NCBI GenBank assembly: GCA_963804995.1
Contig: CAWDSK010000006.1
Coordinates: 576,001-640,000, forward strand
DNA from: an uncultured Acidobacteriota bacterium
Lineage (GTDB): Bacteria > Acidobacteriota > Terriglobia > UBA7540
Direction: 5' to 3'
DNA: 64,000 nt
The position numbers and the translations under genes are program-made. Positions 42,169 to 51,626 of the stretch are shown piece after piece (within the stretch, counting starts at the first letter, position 1; every line of letters starts with the position of its first letter). The notes beneath the pieces are model-generated. The model saw only the letters and a program-made list of their open reading frames with translations. It did no database searches and was not told where the DNA came from.

Positions 42169-43362
42169 ATGGAACCACCCCCCAAGCCCATTCCCAGCGG
42201 GTCAAGCCGGCAATCCGAGATTTATCAGGACAGCGTAGCAGGCCGGAAGCCTCTGGTCCCGGTTTCCGTCACGCAACTTGAGCAGCGCGCCAAAGAAGTC
42301 CTAAGCCCGGAGGCCTGGGTTTTTGTGAACAGCGGCGCGGGTGGCGAGGCCGCGATGCGCGCCAATCTCGCCGCCTTCGACCGCTGGCGCATCCTGCCGC
42401 GCATGTTACGTGATGTTGCGGATCGCGACTTAAGCGTGGAAATCTGCGGCCAGCGGCTGCCCGCCCCCGTCGTGCTCGGAGCGGCCGGCGCCCAGGGGAT
42501 CATCCACCCAGGAGGCGAAGTCGCAGCCATGCGCGGCGCGGCGGGCCTGGGAATCCCCTTCACCATGGGCACGCTATCGTCCAAAAGCCTGGAGCAGGTG
42601 GCGGAGGCTGCCGCGGGTTCGCCGCACTGGTTCCAGCTTTATCCGAGCCATGATCCTGAGATTACCGCGAGCCTCCTCGGCAGAGCGGAGCGCGCCGGGT
42701 ATAGCGTGGTCGTGATGACGCTTGACGCCCCGCTGCTCGGATGGCGCGAGCGGGACCTTGATATGGGCTCCCTGCCAACCATGCGGGGTCACGGCCATGT
42801 TAACTACTTTAACGATCCCGTCTTCCGCTCCCGGCTCGCCGTCCCGCCGGAGCAAGACCCGGCCGCCGCTACCCAGCTATGGTTGGCCGCGCGCTCCTGC
42901 GGCTCGCTGACCTGGAAGGAATTTGAGCACGTGCGGCAGAACACTCACGTGCCGTTGCTGCTCAAGGGCATTCTGCATCCGGAAGACGCGCGCCTGGCGG
43001 TTGAGCGCGGGGCCGACGGCATCATCGTCTCCAATCACGGTGGCCGCCAGGTGGATGGAACTGTCGCCGCGCTCGATGCCCTGCCCGCCGTCGTCAAGGC
43101 CGTGGGGAATCGGGTTCCCGTGCTGCTCGATAGCGGCGTGCGGCGTGGCGCGGATGCGCTCAAGGCTCTGGCACTGGGCGCGCGCGCCGTGGTGCTGTGC
43201 CGTCCCTACCTGTGGGGATTGGCCATCGCGGGTGAGGCGGGCGTGCGCGAGGTCCTGCGCAACTTCCTCGCCGATCTCGACCTGACCCTGGCCCTCAGCG
43301 GCTACCGCACCTGCCGCGACCTCGACCCGTCATTCCTCATCGGCCCGGAAGGCGAACCCTGA
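42169..43362 (+). CDS. FMN-dependent alpha-hydroxy acid oxidase (lactate 2-monooxygenase-like)
   Basis: WFQLY, GWRERD, LLLKGI, VSNHGGRQVD, DSGVRRG.D. Confidence 0.92.
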   Translation: MEPPPKPIPSGSSRQSEIYQDSVAGRKPLVPVSVTQLEQRAKEVLSPEAWVFVNSGAGGEAAMRANLAAFDRWRILPRMLRDVADRDLSVEICGQRLPAPVVLGAAGAQGIIHPGGEVAAMRGAAGLGIPFTMGTLSSKSLEQVAEAAAGSPHWFQLYPSHDPEITASLLGRAERAGYSVVVMTLDAPLLGWRERDLDMGSLPTMRGHGHVNYFNDPVFRSRLAVPPEQDPAAATQLWLAARSCGSLTWKEFEHVRQNTHVPLLLKGILHPEDARLAVERGADGIIVSNHGGRQVDGTVAALDALPAVVKAVGNRVPVLLDSGVRRGADALKALALGARAVVLCRPYLWGLAIAGEAGVREVLRNFLADLDLTLALSGYRTCRDLDPSFLIGPEGEP

Positions 43363-43783
43363 ATGGCAATCCGATAATTTCTTTTCAGCAAGAGGTTTGG
43401 GCTATTTGTGGTATGCCGAAAATAGGAATGGCTCGATCGCTTGGTCGCAGCTCGACCGCGCGGCGCGCCCTGCTTCGAGCGGCTGATATCCTAATATGGC
43501 AAGAGTTGGCGTGAAAGCCGGAGGTGGAAAATCTGCGCGTCCGGCCGGGCGGGGGGGGGTAGGGAGGCCGGGCTCAGCCTCGCGCGCTCGCCGACGCTAT
43601 TGATGTAAGCTCACGACGTTTTGTCAAAGTGGGACTGTCCCACATGTTGCGCTCCGCGGGGCATAGCGAGCGAGGTCCCACTTAATTTCCCAACTTCATG
43701 CGTTTTCTTCCTATGGCATTTCACGTGCGGCTCCGCCGCATTTCCTTCCAGCTTTACGGCGGTTTGCCCCTCCACCAAGTGGG

Positions 43784-44662
43784 TTAGAGTCCGCTACCGG
43801 TCCGCTCGGTTGCGCGTGATATCCAGACGGCAATGCCCCAAACTAACAGGCCGGCGATGAAACCTTCCACGACTGACCCCACAAGCGCCCCAAGGAGCCG
43901 GTTGGCAACATGCCCTTGGGAGGGATCAAAAAAGTGGGTCTTATAGAACGGTACGAGAGCGCCAAAGACTGTAGCCAGATATACCCAAAAGCGCCACGTC
44001 CATCCCAACCCCAGGGAGGGAAGCAGAAACTCGCGCGCCGATTTCAATCCCAACAGGGGTCCGATGCCACCTATGTAAAGACCGCTCAAAAGAACCAGAA
44101 CGGTCGAACTCCAAGCGGCCGTACGCCAAGCTTCCACTCCCATGGCTTCTGTCCAATAGCGCATGATCACGAATACGCCGAGCATGACACCAGGAGCGAC
44201 CGTTACCGGCCATCGCCACAGAAAATGGACGACTGTCATCAGCAAGAGTATCACCACGAAGAGCACCGCTGTTTCGACTACATGGCCAACCAGGTGCCGC
44301 CCCAGATGCGCCCAATTGCCGAAGTCTTCCTTCTCGGCGAAGTGGCTGCGCCCCAAATGAAAGACCGCGGAAATAACCGTGGCCACGATGACCCAGGCCA
44401 CAGTCCAAGCGGAAAGGAGCAAAGCCGGCAGCAAGAGCTGGGAGAATTTCTGCATGCCGCCGCGCAGGGGAGCCAGTGCGGCGACGTAGAGCGCCACAAA
44501 GAGTAATCCCACCGTGCTCGAAATGTAACGCGCCATGTCGTGGGGCAGGCCGGCAACTTCCATGACGAATCGAGCGACGACCAACACAGCCAGGAAGGCC
44601 ATCGCGCCACGCAACAAATGTGAATAGGTTGTCCTTGCACCAGCGGGAGATTCAGGGGACAT
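43784..44662 (-). CDS. Hypothetical multi-pass membrane protein with an internal duplication
   Basis: Two halves each with RF/RY..E..G....SSTV and a ..SHF/THF motif; SD GGAGGTG. Confidence 0.7.
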   Translation of the reverse strand: MSPESPAGARTTYSHLLRGAMAFLAVLVVARFVMEVAGLPHDMARYISSTVGLLFVALYVAALAPLRGGMQKFSQLLLPALLLSAWTVAWVIVATVISAVFHLGRSHFAEKEDFGNWAHLGRHLVGHVVETAVLFVVILLLMTVVHFLWRWPVTVAPGVMLGVFVIMRYWTEAMGVEAWRTAAWSSTVLVLLSGLYIGGIGPLLGLKSAREFLLPSLGLGWTWRFWVYLATVFGALVPFYKTHFFDPSQGHVANRLLGALVGSVVEGFIAGLLVWGIAVWISRATERTGSGL

Positions 44663-44693
44663 GATCACCTCCGTTTTATTCATGACTCCACGA

Positions 44694-46403
44694 TTAATTC
44701 TTCGCCTCCGGGACTCGCTTCAACATCTCTTCCCGCTTCGCCTTGAACTCCGAACCGGCTTTCCACGTGGGGTAAGTTTTCGCATTGGCGACGCGATAGC
44801 CGACCTCCCCGAGAAGTTGCAGGTCCTCGACCGCGCCACTAAGATCCCAGTCGGGCTTTATCTTATCCGAAGGTTTGTGGTAGTCCTGCGTGGTGAACTT
44901 TTCCCTCATTTGGAGGCCCCACCCCGCGGGCTTGCCGAGGTAATCCACGCCGCTTCCGCGATCGAGCGCAGGCACGCCTTGCTTGGCGAAACTGAAATGG
45001 TCCGAGCGGTAGTAGAAGCCCTTCTCCGGCTCGGCGTCCGGCTTCACCACTCTTCCCTGCTCCGTCGCGACGGCCACGACCAGATCATCCAGCGTGGACT
45101 GCCCGAGGCCGATGACCTCAATATCCTTCGTCCGCCCGAGCATGTTCAGGGCATCCATATTGATCTCCGCCAGCGTCTTCGTAAGCGGATAGAGAGGATG
45201 CTCCGCGTAGTACTGCGAGCCCAGCAGGCCCTGCTCCTCAGCGGTCACCGACAGAAACAGGATCGAACGGCGCGGAGGCGGCTGGATATGCGTGAAGGCC
45301 CGGGCAAGTTCCAGCAGGCCCGCCACACCCGAAGCATTGTCCACGGCCCCGTGATAGATCTTGTCGCCATTCACTTCCGGACCAATCCCCAAGTGATCCC
45401 AGTGCGCGGTATAGATGACGTATTCATCCCGATGCTCGGGGTCCGCGCCCTCAACTTTGGCCACCACGTTCTTCGACTCGATGGTGCGGACCGTGTTCTT
45501 GAGCGCGAGCGACGCCTTGATGCCCAGGTCCACGGGCCGGAAATCGCGACTGACGGCAGCTTTCTCAAGCGCATCGAAATTCTTGCCCGCCATCGCGAAG
45601 AGTTCCTTGGCCCGGTCGTAAGTCATCCAACCTTCCACGGCGCTGCGCGACATGCCCTGGTCACTTGTCAGCAGGCTAAACTGTTCGCCGGAATTACTAT
45701 TCTTGACAACCCCCCACGGGTAACCCGCCGGAGCTGTCTGGTGAACGATCAGGCAGCCCGCCACGCCCTTCGCAGCCGCAATCTCAAATTTATAGGTCCA
45801 GCGGCCGTAGTAGGTCATGGCCTTGCCCTTGAAGGTCTTCTCGTCAAGCTTGGAAGGGTCCGCGGGGTCTGGCACAGGCGGGTCATTAATCAGCATCACC
45901 AAAACCTTGCCCTTCACGTCCACACCCTTGTAATCATCCCACTTGTACTCCGGTGCGACAATCCCGTAGCCAACAAAAACCAGGTCGGCGTCGATGCTGA
46001 CGGCGGGCTTAACGCGTTTGGTCCAGGCCACGAAGTCGTCGGCGTACTTGAGGGTCAACTGCTTTCCGTGCACGGTATCGGCAAACACCAACTGCGCGCT
46101 TGGGTCAGCCGCAATTCCCACCAGGGGGACGTTTTGAAAGTACGTACCCTCCGGGTTGCCGGGCTTCAAACCCAATTCCTTGAATCGCCCTGCGATGAAG
46201 TGCGTCGAAAGTTCCTCACCCTTGGAAGCTGGTGCGCGCCCCTGGTATTCGTCCGAAGAAAGAACTTTGATGTTATCCAGCATCCTCTGGGCGCTGATTT
46301 CGTTCCAGGCGGACTGCCCCGAAAGGTTGGTCATGGCAAAAAGGAATCCCAAAGCGAGTGGCGCCCCGACGGCCATGTAAAAGAGGTGCTTCACTAATTC
46401 CAT
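44694..46403 (-). CDS. M28 family metallopeptidase with PA domain
   Basis: [36 protein letters not shown]. Confidence 0.93.
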   Translation of the reverse strand: MELVKHLFYMAVGAPLALGFLFAMTNLSGQSAWNEISAQRMLDNIKVLSSDEYQGRAPASKGEELSTHFIAGRFKELGLKPGNPEGTYFQNVPLVGIAADPSAQLVFADTVHGKQLTLKYADDFVAWTKRVKPAVSIDADLVFVGYGIVAPEYKWDDYKGVDVKGKVLVMLINDPPVPDPADPSKLDEKTFKGKAMTYYGRWTYKFEIAAAKGVAGCLIVHQTAPAGYPWGVVKNSNSGEQFSLLTSDQGMSRSAVEGWMTYDRAKELFAMAGKNFDALEKAAVSRDFRPVDLGIKASLALKNTVRTIESKNVVAKVEGADPEHRDEYVIYTAHWDHLGIGPEVNGDKIYHGAVDNASGVAGLLELARAFTHIQPPPRRSILFLSVTAEEQGLLGSQYYAEHPLYPLTKTLAEINMDALNMLGRTKDIEVIGLGQSTLDDLVVAVATEQGRVVKPDAEPEKGFYYRSDHFSFAKQGVPALDRGSGVDYLGKPAGWGLQMREKFTTQDYHKPSDKIKPDWDLSGAVEDLQLLGEVGYRVANAKTYPTWKAGSEFKAKREEMLKRVPEAKN

Positions 46404-46645
46404 GTTGTGACTCCCCCGATCTGTGTTGGCGTGAATCCTACTCGAACGTGGGCTACCTTTCAATACGGAGTGTAGATTCCCTCTTGATAGTCAAATCCTG
46501 GCCTGTCAAGCTGGCGAACGCAGATTGGCTTGCGGCGCAGGGTGCCACCATGGTGCGACGCGTTATTGACAGGGTGATTGGCGTGTGCGAAAATTCAACG
46601 TTTTGGAGTGGGACTCTTAGGCATTCCCGTCATCACCTGAGGCCA

Positions 46646-47401
46646 ATGACCGACGAAAAACAGGGGCCGCCACCGGCGGCCGAAGGGGCCGGGACCCCTG
46701 CTCAAAAGACTGCCGCGGAGGGCGGCGGGGCAAGTCCTCAAGCCAAGCCCGAGGCCGCCGCGCCTGCCAAGCCTGTGGCTCCGGCGGGCACGGCTGGTGA
46801 AATGTCCGCACCTCCCAAAGCGCCGGCGGCTGTGCCTGCCAAACCCGCCGCCGCGACTCCGGCCAAGCCCCCAGCGGCAAAAGCTCCCGTCAAACCTGAG
46901 CCCTGGTCGAACCCGCTTCTGGATACTCTGCAGAAGAAGTTCCCTGGTGCGATCAGTGAAGCCGTGATCTTCCGCAACCAGCCCTCGCTGAACGTGGCCA
47001 AAGACCACCTGGTCGCGATGTGCCAATTCCTGAAAGGCTCCGAGGGCGGCGGTTACACTATGCTGACTGATGAAACGGCAGCCGACTACCCCAAGCGCGA
47101 GAAGCGATTCAACGTCGTTTATCATCTTTATTCCTTCGAGAGGAATGACCGTTTACGGCTGCGCGTGCAAGTGGGTGAGGGAGAGAAAGTACCGTCGGTC
47201 ACGGGCGTCTGGGTGACGGCGAACTGGCTCGAGCGCGAAATCTATGACATGTTCGGGGTGGAGTACGAAGGCCACCCGGATTTGAAGCGCATCCTGATGC
47301 CGGACGAATGGGTGGGGCACCCGCTGCGCAAGGATTATGACATCCTCAAACAGGACGAAGCTTGGGTGAAGAACAACCTCGGGATCGAGAGCGCACAGTA
47401 A
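46646..47401 (+). CDS. nuoC: NADH-quinone oxidoreductase subunit C with Pro/Ala/Lys-rich N-extension
   Basis: [13 protein letters not shown]....[20 protein letters not shown]. Confidence 0.93.
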   Translation: MTDEKQGPPPAAEGAGTPAQKTAAEGGGASPQAKPEAAAPAKPVAPAGTAGEMSAPPKAPAAVPAKPAAATPAKPPAAKAPVKPEPWSNPLLDTLQKKFPGAISEAVIFRNQPSLNVAKDHLVAMCQFLKGSEGGGYTMLTDETAADYPKREKRFNVVYHLYSFERNDRLRLRVQVGEGEKVPSVTGVWVTANWLEREIYDMFGVEYEGHPDLKRILMPDEWVGHPLRKDYDILKQDEAWVKNNLGIESAQ

Positions 47402-47404
47402 ACC

Positions 47405-48517
47405 ATGACGGAAGCCACTTTCCTCAACGCCAATGAGCTGGTCATCAACATGGGGCCGCAGCATCCCGCCACCCACGGAGTGCTGCGCATCAAGTTGAAG
47501 CTCAACGGCGAGCGCGTAATCGGCACGGAGTGCATCATCGGCTACCTGCATCGCGGGGTCGAAAAGATTGCCGAGAACCGCACCTATGCACAATTCGCTC
47601 CCTACGTGGACCGCATGGATTATTGCGCCGCCGTGACCAACGGCATGGGATATGTGGAAGCGGTGGAAAAGCTGCTGGGCGTGGAGATTCCTCCCCGGGC
47701 GCAATACACGCGGATGATACTGGCCGAATTGCAGCGCATTGCCAGCCACCTGCTCTGGCTGGGCACGCACGCGCTCAACCTCGGCGCCATGACCCCGGTC
47801 TTCTACACCTTCCGCGAGCGCGAGGAAGTCCTGAAGATCTTCGAGAAGTATTGCGGAGCCCGCCTCACCACTCACGCCTTTCGCATCGGGGGACTGCAAT
47901 ACGACCTCTACGACGGGTTTGAGAAGGATACGATAAAGTTCTGCGATTATTTCATGCCCAAGATTGATGAGTACGGGCAGTTGCTCACCAAGAATCGTAT
48001 CTGGATTAACCGGACGCGCAAGGTGGGCGTGATCTCAGGAGAAGACGCCATCGCCTACGGGGTTACGGGGCCCGTGCTGCGCGGCTCCGGCGTGAAGTGG
48101 GATATTCGCAAAGCTCAACCCTACGAAGCCTACGACAAGGTAGAGTTTGATGTTCCCATCGGCGAGTTTGGCGACACCTACGACCGGTACATGGTACGTA
48201 TGGAGGAAATGCGCCAGTCCGTCCGCATCACGCGGCAGTGCGTGGAGCGCCTGGCGCCCGGGCCCATCTTTGGAAAAGTTGGCAAGGTCATCAAGCCGCC
48301 GGTTGGCGAGGTCTATCATTCCATCGAGGCGCCCAAAGGTGAGCTGGGCTATTACGTGGTCAGCGACGGGACCGTGAATCCCTATCGCGTGCGCGTGCGG
48401 CCGCCCTCGCTCATCAACCTGCAGGCATTTGACAAGATGGCCCAAGGTCATCTGGTGGCCGATATCGTGGCCATCGTGGGCACGCTCAACATCGTGCTCG
48501 GCGAAGTGGACCGGTAA
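47405..48517 (+). CDS. nuoD: NADH-quinone oxidoreductase subunit D
   Basis: [38 protein letters not shown]. Confidence 0.96.
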   Translation: MTEATFLNANELVINMGPQHPATHGVLRIKLKLNGERVIGTECIIGYLHRGVEKIAENRTYAQFAPYVDRMDYCAAVTNGMGYVEAVEKLLGVEIPPRAQYTRMILAELQRIASHLLWLGTHALNLGAMTPVFYTFREREEVLKIFEKYCGARLTTHAFRIGGLQYDLYDGFEKDTIKFCDYFMPKIDEYGQLLTKNRIWINRTRKVGVISGEDAIAYGVTGPVLRGSGVKWDIRKAQPYEAYDKVEFDVPIGEFGDTYDRYMVRMEEMRQSVRITRQCVERLAPGPIFGKVGKVIKPPVGEVYHSIEAPKGELGYYVVSDGTVNPYRVRVRPPSLINLQAFDKMAQGHLVADIVAIVGTLNIVLGEVDR

Positions 48518-48519
48518 GG

Positions 48520-48710
48520 AAAGGGTAAAGGGTGAAGAAAGGTTAAAGTGTAAAGGGTAAAGGATAAAGGGTAAAGGATAAAGGGTAAAGGATAAAGGGT
48601 AAAGGATAAAGGGTAAAGGATAAAGGGTAAAGGATAAAGGATAAAGGGTAAAGGATAAAGGGTACTGCGCCGGCTTAAGTTTCAGCCTTTACCCTTTACA
48701 CTTTAAACTT
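48520..48710 (+). repeat. Heptamer tandem array (AAAGGGT/AAAGGAT) with a complementary downstream arm
   Basis: 18 contiguous 7-mers at 48538-48663 plus 2 at 48520-48533; 48686-48710 is the reverse complement of 48539-48563 (1 mismatch). Confidence 0.95.
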
Positions 48711-48717
48711 AGGAAAC

Positions 48718-49932
48718 ATGCTAGAAAGCACACAAAATTTCCTCGTTGCCAATCCGTTGCTTCTCGCCCTCATCAAGATCCTTATTGTTTTCGGGGTGAT
48801 TTCCGGAATTGTTGCCTATTTGGTTTACATGGAGCGCAAAGTTCTGGCGTTTATGCAGGCGCGCCTGGGCCCCATGCGCGTGGGCCCCTGGGGATTGCTG
48901 CAACCGGTGGCCGACGGATTGAAGCTGCTGTTGAAGGAAGACATCATTCCCGCCGGCGCCGACAAATGGGTGTTCCTGTTGTCGCCCGCCATCAGCGTCG
49001 CTGCGGCCTTCACAGTATTTGCCGCCATTCCCTTCGCGGGAAATTTCTACATTACCGACATCAATATTGGCCTGCTTTTTATTCTGGCGGTCTCCTCACT
49101 CGGCATCTACGGAATCATTCTGGGCGGCTGGTCGTCGAACAGTCATTATCCTCTGCTGGGTGCGCTGCGCTCCTCCGCGCAACTGGTCAGTTATGAGGTT
49201 GCGGCGGGAATGGCGCTGGTGGGGGTGCTGCTGATTTCGAACTCCCTCAGCATGGTGGATATTGTAAATCGGCAACTCAGCATGGGCGTTTGGAACGTGT
49301 TTCTGCAGCCGCTGGCCTTCATGATTTACCTCATCGCGGCTGTGGCTGAAACCAATCGTAATCCCTTTGACTTGCCCGAGGCCGAGTCGGAGCTGACGGC
49401 GGGTTTCCATACGGAATACAGCGGCTTCCGCTTCGCGCTTTACTTCATGGCGGAATACACGAACATGGTGGTGGTGTCGTGCGTCGCAGTGACGCTTTTC
49501 CTGGGGGGATGGCTGCGGCCCTTTGCCGGCGTTACCGCCCTGGATTTCCTGAAGTTCACACCCATCCTGGCTTTCCTGGGCGCGGGCGCGTTTGTGCTGT
49601 GGCTGGGGCTGAAGAGTTCGGTCCAGCTTGAACGCTATTTCTTCATAGTCCTGACCGCGGGTTTCGTGGTGCTGGCGATTCTGGTGGCTTACCCGCCGGT
49701 GCTGAATGCCATTCAGGGCATTTTCTGGTTTGGCGCGAAAGTTCTGACGTTCCTTTACGCCTTCATCTGGTATCGTGCAACTTTCCCGCGTTACCGCTAT
49801 GACCAGTTAATGAACGTGGGTTGGCGGTGGATGATCCCCTTGGCCATCGCGAATCTGATTGTGACTGCGGTGGTTCGGTATCTTATGAGCTCGCACGTTG
49901 CGGCGACGCCGCTGGCGTGGCTGGGTAGGTGA
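48718..49932 (+). CDS. nuoH: NADH-quinone oxidoreductase subunit H
   Basis: ERK..A.MQ.RLGP, QPVADGLKL..KE, SYE, ETNR.PFDLPEAESEL, PRYRYDQLM. Confidence 0.96.
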   Translation: MLESTQNFLVANPLLLALIKILIVFGVISGIVAYLVYMERKVLAFMQARLGPMRVGPWGLLQPVADGLKLLLKEDIIPAGADKWVFLLSPAISVAAAFTVFAAIPFAGNFYITDINIGLLFILAVSSLGIYGIILGGWSSNSHYPLLGALRSSAQLVSYEVAAGMALVGVLLISNSLSMVDIVNRQLSMGVWNVFLQPLAFMIYLIAAVAETNRNPFDLPEAESELTAGFHTEYSGFRFALYFMAEYTNMVVVSCVAVTLFLGGWLRPFAGVTALDFLKFTPILAFLGAGAFVLWLGLKSSVQLERYFFIVLTAGFVVLAILVAYPPVLNAIQGIFWFGAKVLTFLYAFIWYRATFPRYRYDQLMNVGWRWMIPLAIANLIVTAVVRYLMSSHVAATPLAWLGR

Positions 49933-49934
49933 GG

Positions 49935-50393
49935 ATGGATTGGAAGGATTTTCTGCGGCGGATATTCCTGGTGGACCTGATCAAAGGTCTGCGGCTGACG
50001 TTTTCCTATCAGCGACCGGACGCAACTTACACGGAGCAGTATCCGCTGGAGCGGCCGCCCGTGGCGGAGCGTTATCGCGGCGCGCCGCGGCTAAACAACC
50101 ATCCGGAATCCGGCGAGACATTGTGCATCGCCTGCAACTTGTGCTCCATCGCCTGCCCGGAGAATTTGATTGTGGTGGGCTGGGCGCGCACGGAGGATCG
50201 CAAGAAGCGGTTGACGACTTTCACCTACGATCTTTCACGCTGCATGTTTTGCGGGCTGTGTGAGGACGCTTGCCCGGTGGATGCGCTGGAACTGACCCAG
50301 GATTTTGAGATCACCAACTACACGCGGGAAGGCATGATCTGGGACCGGCAGGCGCTCGAAGAAGGGCCCCAACCGGCGCGCTATACGCGCTAG
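49935..50393 (+). CDS. nuoI: NADH-quinone oxidoreductase subunit I
   Basis: TEQYP, two CxxCxxCxxxCP ferredoxin motifs. Confidence 0.95.
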   Translation: MDWKDFLRRIFLVDLIKGLRLTFSYQRPDATYTEQYPLERPPVAERYRGAPRLNNHPESGETLCIACNLCSIACPENLIVVGWARTEDRKKRLTTFTYDLSRCMFCGLCEDACPVDALELTQDFEITNYTREGMIWDRQALEEGPQPARYTR

Positions 50394-50600
50394 TGTGGTG
50401 TCCCGCGTTAGAGTTGACAAGGGGTAGAACCCCCTCACCCGTCTGGCCTCGGCTGATGAGAACGCCTCGGCCAGCCACCCTCTCCCCCAAAGGGGCGAGG
50501 GTAAGAAAATTAACTCTCCCCTCGCCCCTTTGGGGGAGAGGGGCTGGGGGGTGAGGGGGTCAAACAGCCTTGTCAAATATTAACCGGGACACCACACTAG
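50390..50600. mobile_element. 211-bp MITE (IS630-like CTAG ends) carrying CCCTCACCC-type REP palindromes
   Basis: CTAGTGTGGTGTCCCG / CGGGACACCACACTAG perfect 16 bp (28/33 extended); the left CTAG contains the nuoI stop codon. Confidence 0.85.
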
Positions 50601-50628
50601 GGAAAGAGACCGAGTCATAGGTTTTTCT

Positions 50629-51138
50629 ATGCTGGAGCTCATCACGTTCGCGATTCTCTCGGCGGTGACGCTGGCTTCAGCCATCATGGTGATTACCCGC
50701 CGCAATGCCATTCACAGCGTGATTTGGCTGGTCGTGACGCTTTTTGGGGTGGGCGGGGTTTACCTGTTGCAACACGCTGAGTTCCTTTTTGCCGTGCAGG
50801 TTATCATTTACGTCAGTGGAATCATGGTGCTGTTTCTCTTTGTGGTCATGCTGGTCAACATCGACGTGGCCTTAACGCAAGCGCGCTTTGCGCGGCAGTG
50901 GCAGGTGGCGTTGCTGACCGCGGTTATCGTGCTTGCGGAGCTCGGCTATGCGCTTTACAACCACGGCCAGGGCCTCCATTTGCCCGCGCGCCCCATGGTT
51001 CCTGCTCCCGTCGGAAATACCCAGGCGGTGGGGATGGCGCTTTACCAGAATTACATGCTGCCCGTGGAGATTGCCTCGATTCTATTACTGGTCGCCATGG
51101 TGGGGGCCGTGATCATGGCCAAGAGGAAGTTGGAATGA
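50629..51138 (+). CDS. nuoJ: NADH-quinone oxidoreductase subunit J
   Basis: AEFL..VQVIIY..GIMVLFLFVVML; PVEIASILLL.AMVGA. Confidence 0.95.
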   Translation: MLELITFAILSAVTLASAIMVITRRNAIHSVIWLVVTLFGVGGVYLLQHAEFLFAVQVIIYVSGIMVLFLFVVMLVNIDVALTQARFARQWQVALLTAVIVLAELGYALYNHGQGLHLPARPMVPAPVGNTQAVGMALYQNYMLPVEIASILLLVAMVGAVIMAKRKLE

Positions 51139-51437
51139 TTCCCACGGAATATTACCTTTTTCTCGGAAGCGGCTTGTTCACCATCGGGGTCATTGGTGTG
51201 CTCACGCGGCGCAACGTTTTGATTATCCTGATGTCGATCGAGCTGATTCTAAATGCCGTCAATATCAACCTGATAGCCTTGTCACAATACTTCCGTTCTG
51301 TCGATGGCCAGGTGTTCGCGATCTTCGTTATTACCGACGCTGCGGCGGAAGCGGCTGTCGGCCTGGGCTTGATCATCGCGTTCTTCCGTAATAAGGAGAC
51401 CGTCAACGCGGATCAAATCGACTTGCTGAAGTGGTGA
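51135..51437 (+). CDS. nuoK: NADH-quinone oxidoreductase subunit K
   Basis: RRN...LMSIELILNA, GQVF, AAEAAVGL. Confidence 0.95.
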   Translation: MIPTEYYLFLGSGLFTIGVIGVLTRRNVLIILMSIELILNAVNINLIALSQYFRSVDGQVFAIFVITDAAAEAAVGLGLIIAFFRNKETVNADQIDLLKW

Positions 51438-51561
51438 AAACATTGATGATTCAGACTGAGGCCACCACCGGACATCCGGTAAGGGTGGCGGACGTAGGCT
51501 AAGAGGAATAAGAAGGATGAAAGAGGGTTGGTAAAGGCAAGGCGCGAGCCAGGTTTTTTTA

Positions 51562-51620
51562 GCCTTTAACCTTTACACTTTAAACTTTTTTACCCTTTAC
51601 CCTTTAGCCTTTAACCTTTA
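51562..51620 (-). repeat. Heptamer array (CCTTTAN), complement of the nuoD-H array
   Basis: CCTTTAACCTTTACACTTTAAACTT...CCCTTTACCCTTTAGCCTTTAACCTTT directly before nuoL. Confidence 0.85.
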
Positions 51621-51626
51621 GATGCC

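Noticed and set aside
43363..43783. G-run and GGGACTGTCCC hairpin as a mobile-element end or ncRNA
   Set aside because: No matching TIR pair or TSD found; insufficient support
44661..46397. 578-aa plus-strand ORF
   Set aside because: Antisense shadow of the M28 peptidase; no motifs
48520..48663. Possible CRISPR array
   Set aside because: Contiguous 7-mers with no unique spacers, and no cas genes
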